From: Deferribacterales bacterium
GTDB taxonomy: Bacteria; Chrysiogenota; Deferribacteres; Deferribacterales; Geovibrionaceae
NCBI GenBank assembly: GCA_050253075.1
Contig: JBFWJS010000004.1
Coordinates: forward strand, 213,685 to 277,684
Direction of reading: 5' to 3'
Length of the DNA stretch: 64,000 bases
Shown here: in pieces, positions 1 to 10,036 of the stretch
How the letters are laid out: every line of letters starts with the position of its first letter
Position numbering within the stretch: the stretch's first letter is position 1
Program-made: the position numbers and the translations under genes
Notes under the pieces: generated by a model
Database searches by the model: none
The model's input: only the letters and a program-made list of their open reading frames with translations
Told to the model about the DNA's origin: nothing

Positions 1-300
1 AAAACTTCCGGGCTTAAGCTTCTTAAGCACCTGTACATCGTAGGAGGTTATTTTCTCTTTCGTCTTGTCTATTACCAATGAAGAAATATTAGAGTTGATC
101 TCCAAAGCTATGAGGAAATATGTGTATCCATAAGACGGATTTATCAGCTTTGAAAATCCCTGCTGGCCGAGCAGTACTTTGTCGTCTATGAATGTCTCGA
201 CCTTATCGGGGGTGACGGATTCATAAGCACCTGTCACAGCCTTCGTCACGCATCCCTGCAAAAAAACCATAATTAATAGAAAGGGAAATAATTTCTTCAT
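1..300 (-). CDS. Hypothetical lipoprotein, 3' end truncated by window edge
   Basis: Manual translation: GGAG RBS then MKKLFPFLLIMVFLQGCVTKAVTGAYES..., with lipobox LQGC; frame stays open to position 1. Not in the ORF track. Confidence 0.75.
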   Translation of the reverse strand, partial: MKKLFPFLLIMVFLQGCVTKAVTGAYESVTPDKVETFIDDKVLLGQQGFSKLINPSYGYTYFLIALEINSNISSLVIDKTKEKITSYDVQVLKKLKPGSF

Positions 301-416
301 AATTCACTCCTACGCCTCTTAACAAGCAACAGCCGTGCCAGATTACTTAAGATAATTTTTCTATCCTTAAAAAGACAGTCAGCAGAAATAATGCAGTCTG
401 TATACAAACACAAAAC

Positions 417-437
417 ACTTGCAAATGATTTGCAAGT
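417..437. promoter_or_regulatory. Palindromic Fur/Zur-type operator overlapping a putative sigma70 promoter
   Basis: ACTTGCAAAT-G-ATTTGCAAGT perfect inverted repeat overlapping TTGCAA(-35), with TAATAT(-10) at 441-446 just upstream of the Fur-family gene. Confidence 0.65.
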
Positions 438-453
438 ATGTAATATTCTGATC

Positions 454-876
454 ATGGAAAAATGTATAGCAACAGAGCTCTTAAAGAGCACAAATACCAA
501 AACAACAGAGGCGAGAAGCAGGATCCTCGACCTGATACTGGACAGCAGATCACCGCAAACAGCAAATGATTTGCACAAACAGCTTTCAGACGATACATCC
601 ATAGACCTCGCCACAGTATACCGCTCCCTGAAGGTCTTTAACGAAAAGGGGCTGGTACGCACCATCCACATAGACGGCGACACCGCCTATTACGAAAAAT
701 CATGCAGACACAACCCGCTCCACGCACATTTCCACTGTGAGTCCTGCGGAGCTGTCGAGTGCCTTGACCCTTTCGGATTTGACGAAAGCAGTGCCTTCAT
801 ACGCATGGCACAGGGGAAAGAGATATCAAAAGTAGAACTAGTAATAAAAGGGAGATGTTCCGAATGCGCATCATAA
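454..876 (+). CDS. Fur-family transcriptional regulator (probably Zur)
   Basis: DLATVYRSL helix, HAHFHCESCG and C-terminal CSEC; coupled to a znuA-like gene. Start moved to ATG454, downstream of the promoter. Confidence 0.9.
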   Translation: MEKCIATELLKSTNTKTTEARSRILDLILDSRSPQTANDLHKQLSDDTSIDLATVYRSLKVFNEKGLVRTIHIDGDTAYYEKSCRHNPLHAHFHCESCGAVECLDPFGFDESSAFIRMAQGKEISKVELVIKGRCSECAS

Positions 877-1814
877 TAATTATTTCCATGCTGCTCACAG
901 CGGCAGTTTCATACGCAAAGCCGAATATATACGTAAGCATCCTGCCTCAGAAAACATTTGTGAAAGAGATAGCAGGCGACAGGGCAAACGTAAACGTTAT
1001 GGTTATGCCGGGCGCCAGCCCTGCAACATATGAGCCGAAGCCGAAACAGATGGCTCAGCTTTCAGAGACAGACATATATTTCTCTATCGGAGTACCATTC
1101 GAGAGGGTCTGGCTGGATAAATTCGCATCTATCAATAAGAATATGAAGATCGTCCACACTGATGAAGGCATAAAAAAACGCACGGTGGAAAAACACGTGC
1201 ACCATGACGAAGAGGGCGAAGACCACGACGAACACGGCGAAGAGCAAGGTCATGACGACCATGATGACCACGACAAGCATGCAGAGCACGATGATCACGA
1301 CCATGAAGGCGAGCATGACGACCACGACGGGATAAAAGATCCCCACGTTTGGCTCGACCCTATCCTTGTAATCAAACAGGTAGAGATTATCACAGAAGAG
1401 CTGTGTAAAGCAGATAAAGACTCTTGCGGCTTTTACACAGAGAATAAGAATAAATTCATTCAAAATGCAGAGCTGCTCGATGCGGAGCTTCATAAGATAT
1501 TCAAAGGGAAAGATGATGTGCACTTTATGGTATTTCACCCTTCATGGGGCTACTTCGCCGACAGATACGGACTGCACCAGATACCCGTGGAGCTCGAAGG
1601 CAAGGAGCCGAAGCCCGCAGACCTGAAAAAGTTCGTAGACACTGTTAAAAAGCTGAAGCTGAACTCCATCTTCATACAGCCGCAGTTTTCAAAGAAAGCA
1701 GCAGAGCTCATCGCAGATGAAACAGGCGCAAAGGTGATAGCCGTCGACCCTCTGGCTGAGGACTGGCACGACAACCTCGTCTATGCGGCAAAGCTCATAG
1801 CAGGAACCCTTTAG
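864..1814 (+). CDS. znuA: Zinc ABC transporter substrate-binding protein with long His/Asp/Glu loop
   Basis: Signal peptide, SPATYEP, DPHVWLDP, FHPSWGYF, and an HHDEEGEDHDEH... insert. Confidence 0.9.
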   Translation: MRIIIIISMLLTAAVSYAKPNIYVSILPQKTFVKEIAGDRANVNVMVMPGASPATYEPKPKQMAQLSETDIYFSIGVPFERVWLDKFASINKNMKIVHTDEGIKKRTVEKHVHHDEEGEDHDEHGEEQGHDDHDDHDKHAEHDDHDHEGEHDDHDGIKDPHVWLDPILVIKQVEIITEELCKADKDSCGFYTENKNKFIQNAELLDAELHKIFKGKDDVHFMVFHPSWGYFADRYGLHQIPVELEGKEPKPADLKKFVDTVKKLKLNSIFIQPQFSKKAAELIADETGAKVIAVDPLAEDWHDNLVYAAKLIAGTL

Positions 1815-2755
1815 GAATAAAAGTAAAATTTCTCTCCATTGTGTTCGGTGATCTTAAGATGTGATGCATCGAGAGCAGAGATGGTCTCTGCCACCTTCTG
1901 AACGTCAACGCCGAACACTCTGGAGATATCGCCCGCAGAGCATGGACGCATACTTATCAGCCTCTCCAGATGGCTCACTGTCAGCCCGCCCCCCGAAAGC
2001 TCTTTTATATAATTGCCCACAGGCTCTACATTTATCCCTTCAGATTTGAAATACAGCGCAGTGTCCAGCAGTGTTTTTTCGCTAACGGCCTTTGCCCTGC
2101 TGAATGCAGGCGGACGGTGTACTGTGTTCAGCTGAACCACGTCATACTTACATCTCTTTATCACAGACGCTATCTTCGTCAGCTCTTCCATGCTGTCGTT
2201 CATCCCCTCGCAAAGTAAAACCTCGATGAGCATCCTCCCCTGAAATCTATGGGAGAACTTAACCACGGCTTCGTTTATCGCCTCGATATCCAGCGACCTT
2301 TCCGGTGCGCACACTTTGCGGTACGCCTCTTCCGTTGCTGCATCTATGCTGGGCACCAGCACGTCCAGAGGCATAAGCTCGTCACACACGGCTTCATCCG
2401 TCAGCAGTGTGCTGTTGGTGAGGACTGCCACAGGGTGTCCGCTTATCTTCTTCACCTCTTTTATGATGTATCCGAGGTCAAGGTTCAGCGTGGGTTCACC
2501 CGCCCCTGTTATGGTGACGATGTCCAGACCGTCCTTCAGGCTTGGATAGTTTTCTCTGAACTCTGCGATTATCTCGTCGGGGTTTTCAAACTTCTGCCTT
2601 TTGACAATACAGTCGGTCGTGCGCCCTACTTCGCAATAAACACAGTTCAGCGTGCATATTTTATGGGGAATAATATCTATGCCGAGAGACCTGCCCAGTC
2701 TGCGTGAGGGGACGGGTCCGAAAAGATATCTGTATCTGTCTGTATAAACACTCAT
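1811..2755 (-). CDS. Radical SAM Fe-S oxidoreductase
   Basis: FGPVPSRRLGRSLG, CTLNCVYC (CxxxCxxC), GAGEPTL. Confidence 0.9.
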   Translation of the reverse strand: MSVYTDRYRYLFGPVPSRRLGRSLGIDIIPHKICTLNCVYCEVGRTTDCIVKRQKFENPDEIIAEFRENYPSLKDGLDIVTITGAGEPTLNLDLGYIIKEVKKISGHPVAVLTNSTLLTDEAVCDELMPLDVLVPSIDAATEEAYRKVCAPERSLDIEAINEAVVKFSHRFQGRMLIEVLLCEGMNDSMEELTKIASVIKRCKYDVVQLNTVHRPPAFSRAKAVSEKTLLDTALYFKSEGINVEPVGNYIKELSGGGLTVSHLERLISMRPCSAGDISRVFGVDVQKVAETISALDASHLKITEHNGEKFYFYS

Positions 2756-2998
2756 ATTTTATCTCCGAAACATAATAATAGCCCCAATAAATCAAAATGC
2801 AAGTGAGCGGAGCAGACTATTTTTACAACCCCTTTCAGCAGTACATTTACTTGCGTCTTGTTAAAACATCTGTTTAAATAAGTATAAGAGCTATAGTTCA
2901 ATAAAAAAGGTATGAAAATTGAACTAATGCTTAAGACGTTAAACGCCTAATTAACTCATACTTAAACGTATTACTCAGATACAACCGGAGGTTTTATA

Positions 2999-4093
2999 AT
3001 GAGCCTTAAAGACATTCTAAGGAGTTACGATGTCAGCAGAAGGGACTTCATGAAATACTGCACTGCCCTCAGTGCGACCCTTGCTCTTCCTCCTGCTCTA
3101 GCACCGCAGATAGCGGAAGCCCTCGAAAATGAAGACAACAGACCGCCTGTTATCTGGATGGAGTTCCAGAGCTGCTCGGGAGATTCCGAGTCTATACTCC
3201 GTTCCGGCAGGCCGAAGGTCGGCGACCTTATCCTCGATGTCATATCACTCGACTATATGGAAGTAGTGATGGCAGCGTCGGGACACCTCGCCGAAGAAGC
3301 GAAAGAAAACACGATGGAACACTATAAAGGCAAGTATCTGCTCATCATCGAAGGTGCGATACCTCTCGAGGACGACGGTGCCTGCTGCTGTGTCGCCGGA
3401 GACTCAGCCGTAAACCATCTGAAAAAAGCTGCCGAAGGTGCCGCCGCTATCATAGCAGTGGGCAACTGCGCATGCTTTGGCGGTATACCTGCGGGTCATC
3501 CAAACCCTACGGGCGCCACAGGCGTGCAGAACATCATCAGCGGAAAGCCTATCATAAACCTGCCGGGCTGCCCGATGAACTGTGACAACCTCACAGCACT
3601 CATCGTGCATTACCTCGTTTTCGGCTCTCTCCCTGCTGTGGACAGACATCTCCGTCCGAAATTCGCATACGGAAAGCGCATCCACGACAACTGCGAACGC
3701 AGAGGTCACTTCGATGCGGGCCAGTATGTAGACAAATGGGGCGACGAAGGACACCGCAACGGCTGGTGTCTGTATAAAATGGGCTGTAAAGGCCCCGAGA
3801 CATTCCACAACTGTCCGACACTCCGCTTCAACGACGGTCTCAGCTGGCCTGTTATGGCAGGGCACGGATGCGTCGGCTGCGCAGAGCCGGGATTCATGGA
3901 CACTATGGCTCCGTTCTACCGCAGGCTTCCTGCCGTACCGGGATTCGGCGTGGAATCCACCGCTACAAAGCTCGGCCTTAAAGTGCTCGGCATATCTGCG
4001 GCGGTATTCACTGCTCACGGTATCATAAACATGTTCCGCAATAAGAATATAGTCAAAGAGGTCGAGAGCGAACATCTCGACAATAAGGAGTAG
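2999..4093 (+). CDS. Group 1 [NiFe]-hydrogenase small subunit (Tat-exported, C-terminal membrane anchor)
   Basis: SRRDFMK twin-arginine signal, PGCP, IHDNCERR, CLYKMGCKGP, GHGCVGC, hydrophobic C-tail. Confidence 0.95.
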   Translation: MSLKDILRSYDVSRRDFMKYCTALSATLALPPALAPQIAEALENEDNRPPVIWMEFQSCSGDSESILRSGRPKVGDLILDVISLDYMEVVMAASGHLAEEAKENTMEHYKGKYLLIIEGAIPLEDDGACCCVAGDSAVNHLKKAAEGAAAIIAVGNCACFGGIPAGHPNPTGATGVQNIISGKPIINLPGCPMNCDNLTALIVHYLVFGSLPAVDRHLRPKFAYGKRIHDNCERRGHFDAGQYVDKWGDEGHRNGWCLYKMGCKGPETFHNCPTLRFNDGLSWPVMAGHGCVGCAEPGFMDTMAPFYRRLPAVPGFGVESTATKLGLKVLGISAAVFTAHGIINMFRNKNIVKEVESEHLDNKE

Positions 4094-4098
4094 TAAAC

Positions 4099-5799
4099 AT
4101 GGCTGAAAGGATAGTGGTAGACCCCATCACCAGAATAGAGGGGCATCTTAGAATAGAAGCCAAGGTTGAAAACGGAAAGATCGTGGACGCCTGGTCCAGC
4201 GGTACTATGTTCCGCGGTATCGAAAAGATACTGCAGGGGCGTGACCCGCGCGACGCATGGTATATCACACAGAGATTCTGCGGTGTCTGCACCACAGTAC
4301 ACTCCATTGCATCCATACGTGCCGTTGAAAACGCACTTGGCATAAAGATTCCGTATAATGCGGAACTCATCAGAAATATCATTATGGGCTCTCAGTATGT
4401 GCAGGACCACGTGATACACTTTTATCACCTGCACGCACTCGACTGGGTGGACATCACATCCGCTCTGAAAGCAGACCCTAAAAAAACAGCAGCTCTCCAG
4501 CAGTCTATATCCGACTGGAAATACAGCTCCGAGGACTACTTCAGAGGTGTTCAGGAGCGCATAGCCGCATTCGCAAAAACAGGCCGTCTCGGACCTTTCG
4601 CAAATGCATACTGGGGACACAGCGCATACAAACTGCCGCCTGAGGCAAACCTCATGGCGACAGCTCACTACCTTCAGGCTCTCGAGCTTCAGAAGGAGAT
4701 AATAAAGATCCATGCCGTGCTCGGTTCTAAGAACCCGCACCCGCAGACATTCCTTGTGGGAGGTATGGCGATACCTATCGACCCGAACAGCCAGAACGCC
4801 ATCAACGCTGACAAGATAGCTATGATGCTGGAATACAACAAGCTCGCAAAAGAATTTGTCGAGCAGGTATACATTCCGGATGTTCTCGCTGTTGCGCCTT
4901 TCTACCTCGACTGGGCAGGCATAGGCGCAGGGCATAAGAACTATATGTCCTACGGCGAATTCCCTGAAACACAGAAGGGCTACCCTAATGATATGTGGCT
5001 CCCTTCAGGAATAATAAAGGGGGGAGACCTCTCAAACATTATCCCTGTGGATCAGTCGAAGATAGCCGAAGACTCCGCACACTCATGGTATGTGGATAAA
5101 TCTGCGAAGCACCCCTACGACGGCACATCGGACAAGAACTACACAGGGCCGAAGCCGCCGTATGACTATCTCGACGTAGATAAGGAATACACATTTGTCA
5201 AAGCTCCTCGCTATGAAGGCGAACCTATGGAAGTAGGCCCGCTGGCGAGGATGCTCGTCGCATACGCAAAAGGTCACCCAGAGGTGAAAGCTGTCGTGGA
5301 TGCCGTGCTCGGTAAGCTGGGTGCAGGGCCGGAGGTTCTCTTCTCCACACTCGGACGTACAGCAGCCAGAGCCATCGAAACACTCGTGACAGTGAAGCGT
5401 GTGGATAAATGGATAATGGATCTCGCCACAAATATAAAAGCGGGCGACTATCAGACCCACGCAGGCGAAAAGTGGGAACCTGCCGCATGGCCTGCCACAG
5501 CGAAAGGCTACGGCTGGCACGAAGCTCCTAGAGGCGCTCTCGGCCACTGGATAGTCATCGAAAACGGACAGATAAAGAACTATCAGGCTGTCGTGCCTTC
5601 CACATGGAACGCAGGTCCTATGGACAAAGGCGATGTACACGGCCCATACGAACAGTCACTTATCGGCACACCGATAGCAGACCCTGACAAGCCCCTTGAG
5701 ATACTGCGTACCATACACTCATTCGACCCTTGTCTGGCCTGTGCTATACATCTCTACGATGAAAAGGATAATCTCCGCTCTAAAGTGAAGGTTCTCTAA
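4099..5799 (+). CDS. Group 1 [NiFe]-hydrogenase large subunit
   Basis: DPITRIEGHL, L1 motif QRFCGVC, L2 motif SFDPCLACAIH, cleavable C-terminal extension. Confidence 0.97.
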   Translation: MAERIVVDPITRIEGHLRIEAKVENGKIVDAWSSGTMFRGIEKILQGRDPRDAWYITQRFCGVCTTVHSIASIRAVENALGIKIPYNAELIRNIIMGSQYVQDHVIHFYHLHALDWVDITSALKADPKKTAALQQSISDWKYSSEDYFRGVQERIAAFAKTGRLGPFANAYWGHSAYKLPPEANLMATAHYLQALELQKEIIKIHAVLGSKNPHPQTFLVGGMAIPIDPNSQNAINADKIAMMLEYNKLAKEFVEQVYIPDVLAVAPFYLDWAGIGAGHKNYMSYGEFPETQKGYPNDMWLPSGIIKGGDLSNIIPVDQSKIAEDSAHSWYVDKSAKHPYDGTSDKNYTGPKPPYDYLDVDKEYTFVKAPRYEGEPMEVGPLARMLVAYAKGHPEVKAVVDAVLGKLGAGPEVLFSTLGRTAARAIETLVTVKRVDKWIMDLATNIKAGDYQTHAGEKWEPAAWPATAKGYGWHEAPRGALGHWIVIENGQIKNYQAVVPSTWNAGPMDKGDVHGPYEQSLIGTPIADPDKPLEILRTIHSFDPCLACAIHLYDEKDNLRSKVKVL

Positions 5800-5825
5800 C
5801 AAAAGCAACACACACTAATTAATTT

Positions 5826-5856
5826 AAAAGCCGGATGCTTTCTGTATCCGGCTTTT
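5826..5856 (+). terminator. Intrinsic terminator after the hydrogenase large subunit
   Basis: AAAAGCCGGAT...ATCCGGCTTTT hairpin. Confidence 0.7.
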
Positions 5857-5872
5857 ATTCTATAGGTAACAA

Positions 5873-6352
5873 ATGAATCTACTCGTACTCGGAATAGGAA
5901 ACCTCGTGATGAATGACGACGCTGCCGGTGTCCTTGCGGCACAGGAGCTCGCACCTAAATATAACAACAAACGTGAAGACCTCCTCGTTCTCGACGGAGG
6001 TACACTCGGGCTTGATCTGCTAGGGTATATCGAATGGGCTGACAGGCTCGTCCTTGTGGATGCCGTGGAGCTCGACATGGAGCCAGGCACAGTGGTAAAG
6101 CTCGAAGGGGACGACATAGACACCGCCTTCGAAAGCAAGCTGTCCGCACACCAGATGGGGATGAAGGATATGCTGCTCACCGCAGAGCTAATGGGGCACA
6201 GACCGCCCGAGATAGTCTTTTACGGCATACAGGCGGGGACGGTGCAGATGGAGATGGAGCTATCCGAAGCGGTAAAGGCAAACATGCCGAAGCTGATAAG
6301 CCATGTGGAAGCAGAGATAAAAGACTTTTTAAATAACGCTGACAATTTGTAA
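5873..6352 (+). CDS. HyaD/HybD-family hydrogenase maturation endopeptidase
   Basis: LGIGNLVMNDDAAG, DGGTLG, VDAV, SAHQMG. Confidence 0.93.
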   Translation: MNLLVLGIGNLVMNDDAAGVLAAQELAPKYNNKREDLLVLDGGTLGLDLLGYIEWADRLVLVDAVELDMEPGTVVKLEGDDIDTAFESKLSAHQMGMKDMLLTAELMGHRPPEIVFYGIQAGTVQMEMELSEAVKANMPKLISHVEAEIKDFLNNADNL

Positions 6353-6401
6353 AATAAATCTTCCTGTGTTATCCTGATTAAAAAATTTCGGGGTCTTTTC
6401 T

Positions 6402-7934
6402 ATGAAACAGTTAAATATCAAAGAAGCCTTCCAGTTAGCTATGCAGTATCACCAGAAGGGAAACTTGGAAAAAGCGGAATATCTTTATTCTGCCGTTCTG
6501 CAGTTAGACCCGAACAATGCGGACGCTCTGCACTATATCGGCGTGATATACGCAGGTAAAGGCATGATAGAAGAGGCCATTGACCATATCAGAAGAGCTG
6601 TGGAATACGACAAGACAAACGCCATATATCATAACAACCTCGGAGAGATATACCGACAGAGGGGGCTGATGGAGCACGCAGAGTTTCACCTCAGTGCAGC
6701 ATGCGAGCTGAAGCCTGACTACTCTGACGCATTTTCAAACCTCGGTCTGGTATATAAAGAGAAAGGGCTCATAAACGATGCAAAATACTGCTTCGCCGAG
6801 GCGCTCGCCAAAGACCCGAGGAATGTGAACGCACTGATAAACACGGGTAACCTCTTTGTCACCGAAAAGAATTACGAAGACGCCGTGCAGTGCTACGAAG
6901 CAGCTATACAGCTCTCCCCCGATAATCCGAACGCACTCGCCAGTGCGGCATCATCTTACTATGAAATGGGCGAATATAACTCCTCAGCAAAATACTACAG
7001 CAGACTGGTGAACACTCACCCCGACCTGCACAGAGACAAGGTAAACCTTGCCCTGATAACACTGAGAAACAAAGACTTCCGCAAGGGATTACAGCTTTTC
7101 GAGGCTCGCTTCCACACTGTCGACACCCTCGAAGGGGACAGAGACACGCTGTGGCGAGGCGTAAACATGAAAGGCAAAACCCTTTATGTATATAACGAAA
7201 AACAGGGGCTCTCAGGCTACGGCGATACTATAATGTTTGCCCGATACCTGACAGAGCTGGATAAATATGAACCTGCGAAGGTCGTCTTCCGTGTTCAGCC
7301 TGAGCTGGTCGACCTGTTAAAAGGCATGATGCCCGAATATGTCGAGGTCACATCAGAAGACTGTACAGAATTTGATGCGCACTGCCCTCTGCTCAGCCTC
7401 TTATTCGTGCTGAATGCCAGAGCAAAGACCATCCCGCTCGTTGACGGATATATAAAGGCAGACGAGTCTAAAATAGCATCATTTGCATCGATGATGGACA
7501 CGCCGAAGACAAAGATCGGGCTGGTTTTCCAGACGAGCAGATCCCACGTAAAGCATGAGGAACGCTCCATCCCGCAGGATGCCTTTACACCGCTGTACGG
7601 CAACGACACAATCCAGCTGTATTACATCAGTAAGGAAGAGCCCGACCAGCCTCTGCACGAAGGCATAACAGACCTGCGTGACAGCATAAACGATTTCTCC
7701 GACACTGCCGCCGTGATAGCAAACCTCGACGTGGTTATCACAGCCGACACATCCGTTGCGCACCTCGCAGGGGCAATGGGTAAAAAGACAGTTCTACTGC
7801 TTAATCACCTCCACGACTGGAGATGGTTCAGCGCCAAGACAGGCAAGGCGAGCGAGTGGTATTCCAGTGTCATTTTTCACATCAAAGAAAAGGGCTCCGA
7901 CTGGCTTGATGTGGTATCATCTATTAAGTTCTGA
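6402..7934 (+). CDS. TPR-repeat protein with C-terminal glycosyltransferase-9-like domain
   Basis: Several TPR repeats (HNNLG, FSNLG); GYGDTIMFARY and DTSVAHLAGAMG...DWRW motifs. Confidence 0.85.
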   Translation: MKQLNIKEAFQLAMQYHQKGNLEKAEYLYSAVLQLDPNNADALHYIGVIYAGKGMIEEAIDHIRRAVEYDKTNAIYHNNLGEIYRQRGLMEHAEFHLSAACELKPDYSDAFSNLGLVYKEKGLINDAKYCFAEALAKDPRNVNALINTGNLFVTEKNYEDAVQCYEAAIQLSPDNPNALASAASSYYEMGEYNSSAKYYSRLVNTHPDLHRDKVNLALITLRNKDFRKGLQLFEARFHTVDTLEGDRDTLWRGVNMKGKTLYVYNEKQGLSGYGDTIMFARYLTELDKYEPAKVVFRVQPELVDLLKGMMPEYVEVTSEDCTEFDAHCPLLSLLFVLNARAKTIPLVDGYIKADESKIASFASMMDTPKTKIGLVFQTSRSHVKHEERSIPQDAFTPLYGNDTIQLYYISKEEPDQPLHEGITDLRDSINDFSDTAAVIANLDVVITADTSVAHLAGAMGKKTVLLLNHLHDWRWFSAKTGKASEWYSSVIFHIKEKGSDWLDVVSSIKF

Positions 7935-7952
7935 CACCGACGGGAGGTTACT

Positions 7953-9212
7953 TTGAGCAGTTTTAACTACAAAGACGAAACCCTCTTTTGCGAGGGGGTA
8001 TCACTGAAACAGATAGCCGAAGAGGTGGGGACACCTTTTTATGTATATAGCGCAAAAGAACTGCGCACACAGTATAATCATTTCTATAACGCTTTTAAAC
8101 ACGCCGACCGCATAGTATGCTTCGCCGTGAAAGCATGCGGAAACATAGGCGTGCTGTCTCTCCTCGGTGCCGAGGGGTGCGGTGCGGATATCGTATCGGG
8201 CGGAGAGCTCCACAGAGCGCTCAAAGCCGGGATAGACAACAGCAAGATAGTCTTCGCAGGGGTTGGCAAACAGCCCCACGAGATAAGATACGGCATAGAC
8301 TCAAATATCCTGATGTTCAATGTTGAATCCCGTCAGGAGATGGATCTCATCAACGAGATAGCAGGCGAAATGGGTAAAAAGGCACGCATAGCCATACGTG
8401 TGAACCCGAACGTGGATGCTAAGACACATCCATACATCTCCACAGGGCTGAAAAAGAATAAATTCGGCATCCCCGCTGAGATAGTCACCGAAGAATACAT
8501 CTATGCATCAAAACTGCCGAACATTGAGCCCGTTGGGATACACTGCCACATAGGCTCACAGCTAACAGACATAGCTCCTTTCAGAGACGCCACAGAGATA
8601 CTGGTAAACCTCGTGAAGGATCTGCGTAAAAATAAGATAAACATAAGATACCTCGACCTCGGCGGAGGGCTGGGCATAAGATATAATGCAGAAAACCCGC
8701 CGAACCACAACGAATACGCAGCAGCTATATGCGAAGCCGTTAAGGGCGAAGACCTCACGCTGATATTCGAACCGGGGAGAAACATAGCGGGCAACTCAGG
8801 TGCGCTCATCACAAAGGTGCTCTATACCAAAGACACCGAGGAGAAGCACTTTAAGATCGTCGATGCCGCCATGAACGACCTCGCCAGACCGTCTCTTTAC
8901 GACTCTTACCACGAGGTAAAAGCTGTCGAAAAAACAGACAAGACCATCAAGGGCGACATAGTCGGCCCCATATGCGAATCGAGCGACTTCCTCGCTAAAG
9001 ACAGAGAGCTCCCCGACATAGACAGAGACGGACTGTACGCTCTTATGTCTGCAGGCGCATACGGCATGACAATGTCCTCAAACTATAATTCACGCCCGAG
9101 AGCTCCCGAAATACTTGTGGACGGAGAGAATTATCATATAGTAAGAAGACGTGAGATATATAACGACCTCACGGGGCCGGAGATGGTTCCTGAGTATCTG
9201 AGGAAACAATGA
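7953..9212 (+). CDS. lysA: Diaminopimelate decarboxylase
   Basis: FAVKA (PLP lysine), HCHIGSQ, EPGR, GPICESSD, SNYNSRPR; TTG start after GGGAGG. Confidence 0.97.
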   Translation: MSSFNYKDETLFCEGVSLKQIAEEVGTPFYVYSAKELRTQYNHFYNAFKHADRIVCFAVKACGNIGVLSLLGAEGCGADIVSGGELHRALKAGIDNSKIVFAGVGKQPHEIRYGIDSNILMFNVESRQEMDLINEIAGEMGKKARIAIRVNPNVDAKTHPYISTGLKKNKFGIPAEIVTEEYIYASKLPNIEPVGIHCHIGSQLTDIAPFRDATEILVNLVKDLRKNKINIRYLDLGGGLGIRYNAENPPNHNEYAAAICEAVKGEDLTLIFEPGRNIAGNSGALITKVLYTKDTEEKHFKIVDAAMNDLARPSLYDSYHEVKAVEKTDKTIKGDIVGPICESSDFLAKDRELPDIDRDGLYALMSAGAYGMTMSSNYNSRPRAPEILVDGENYHIVRRREIYNDLTGPEMVPEYLRKQ

Positions 9213-10021
9213 ACATACCATTTTACAAAATGAGCGGTGCCGGAAACGACTTCATCTTCATAGACAACCGTGACGGCAAAGCAAACGGCATAGACAGACA
9301 GACACTAGTGACCAAAGCATGTGCGAGAAATATCTCCGCAGGTGCAGACGGCATGATGCTGATAGAGAACTCCGACAAGGCAGACTTCAAATGGCGCTTT
9401 TACAACTGCGACGGCTCCGAGGCGGAGATGTGCGGTAACGGAGCGAGGTGCGCAGGCAGATTTGCCTATCTGAACGGCATAGCGGGCAAGACCATGAGGT
9501 TCGAAACCCTCGCAGGCATCATAGAGGCAGAGGTAAAGGACGGGGTGAATGTTAAAGTTCAGCTCACCGAGCCAATCAACAAACGTGAAAATTATCAGAT
9601 AAAACTCGACGGAGAAACTCTCAGCGTCGACAGTATAAATACGGGCGTCCCCCACGCTGTCATGTTCACCGACAGCATAGAGGAGCTCGATGTTATGAAA
9701 TACGGCAGCGGTATTCGTTATCACGACGAATACAAGCCTGCGGGCACCAACGCAAACTTCTGTAAGATGCTTGACGACGGGTTCCTGCGGGTTCGCACCT
9801 ATGAAAGAGGGGTGGAAGGCGAAACGATGGCATGCGGAACAGGATGTGTGGCGAGTGCTATCTTTGCCGTTGGTAAGGGACTGGCTCAAAGCCCTGTGAA
9901 ATGCAGGACCACAAGCGGTCTTATCCTCACCGTTTATCTTGAAAAAGGCAAAGTTTATCTTGAAGGTGAGGCGAGAGTGGTTTATAAAGGTGAACTTACT
10001 GAAGAAGCTATAAACTATTAA
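9209..10021 (+). CDS. dapF: Diaminopimelate epimerase
   Basis: GAGNDF, EMCGNGARC, ERGVEGETMACGTG. Confidence 0.97.
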   Translation: MNIPFYKMSGAGNDFIFIDNRDGKANGIDRQTLVTKACARNISAGADGMMLIENSDKADFKWRFYNCDGSEAEMCGNGARCAGRFAYLNGIAGKTMRFETLAGIIEAEVKDGVNVKVQLTEPINKRENYQIKLDGETLSVDSINTGVPHAVMFTDSIEELDVMKYGSGIRYHDEYKPAGTNANFCKMLDDGFLRVRTYERGVEGETMACGTGCVASAIFAVGKGLAQSPVKCRTTSGLILTVYLEKGKVYLEGEARVVYKGELTEEAINY

Positions 10022-10036
10022 CTTTTTTAACTAATA

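Noticed and set aside
1198..1330. GACCACGAC/GATGAC-like low-complexity repeats
   Set aside because: Explained by the His/Asp-rich loop of ZnuA.
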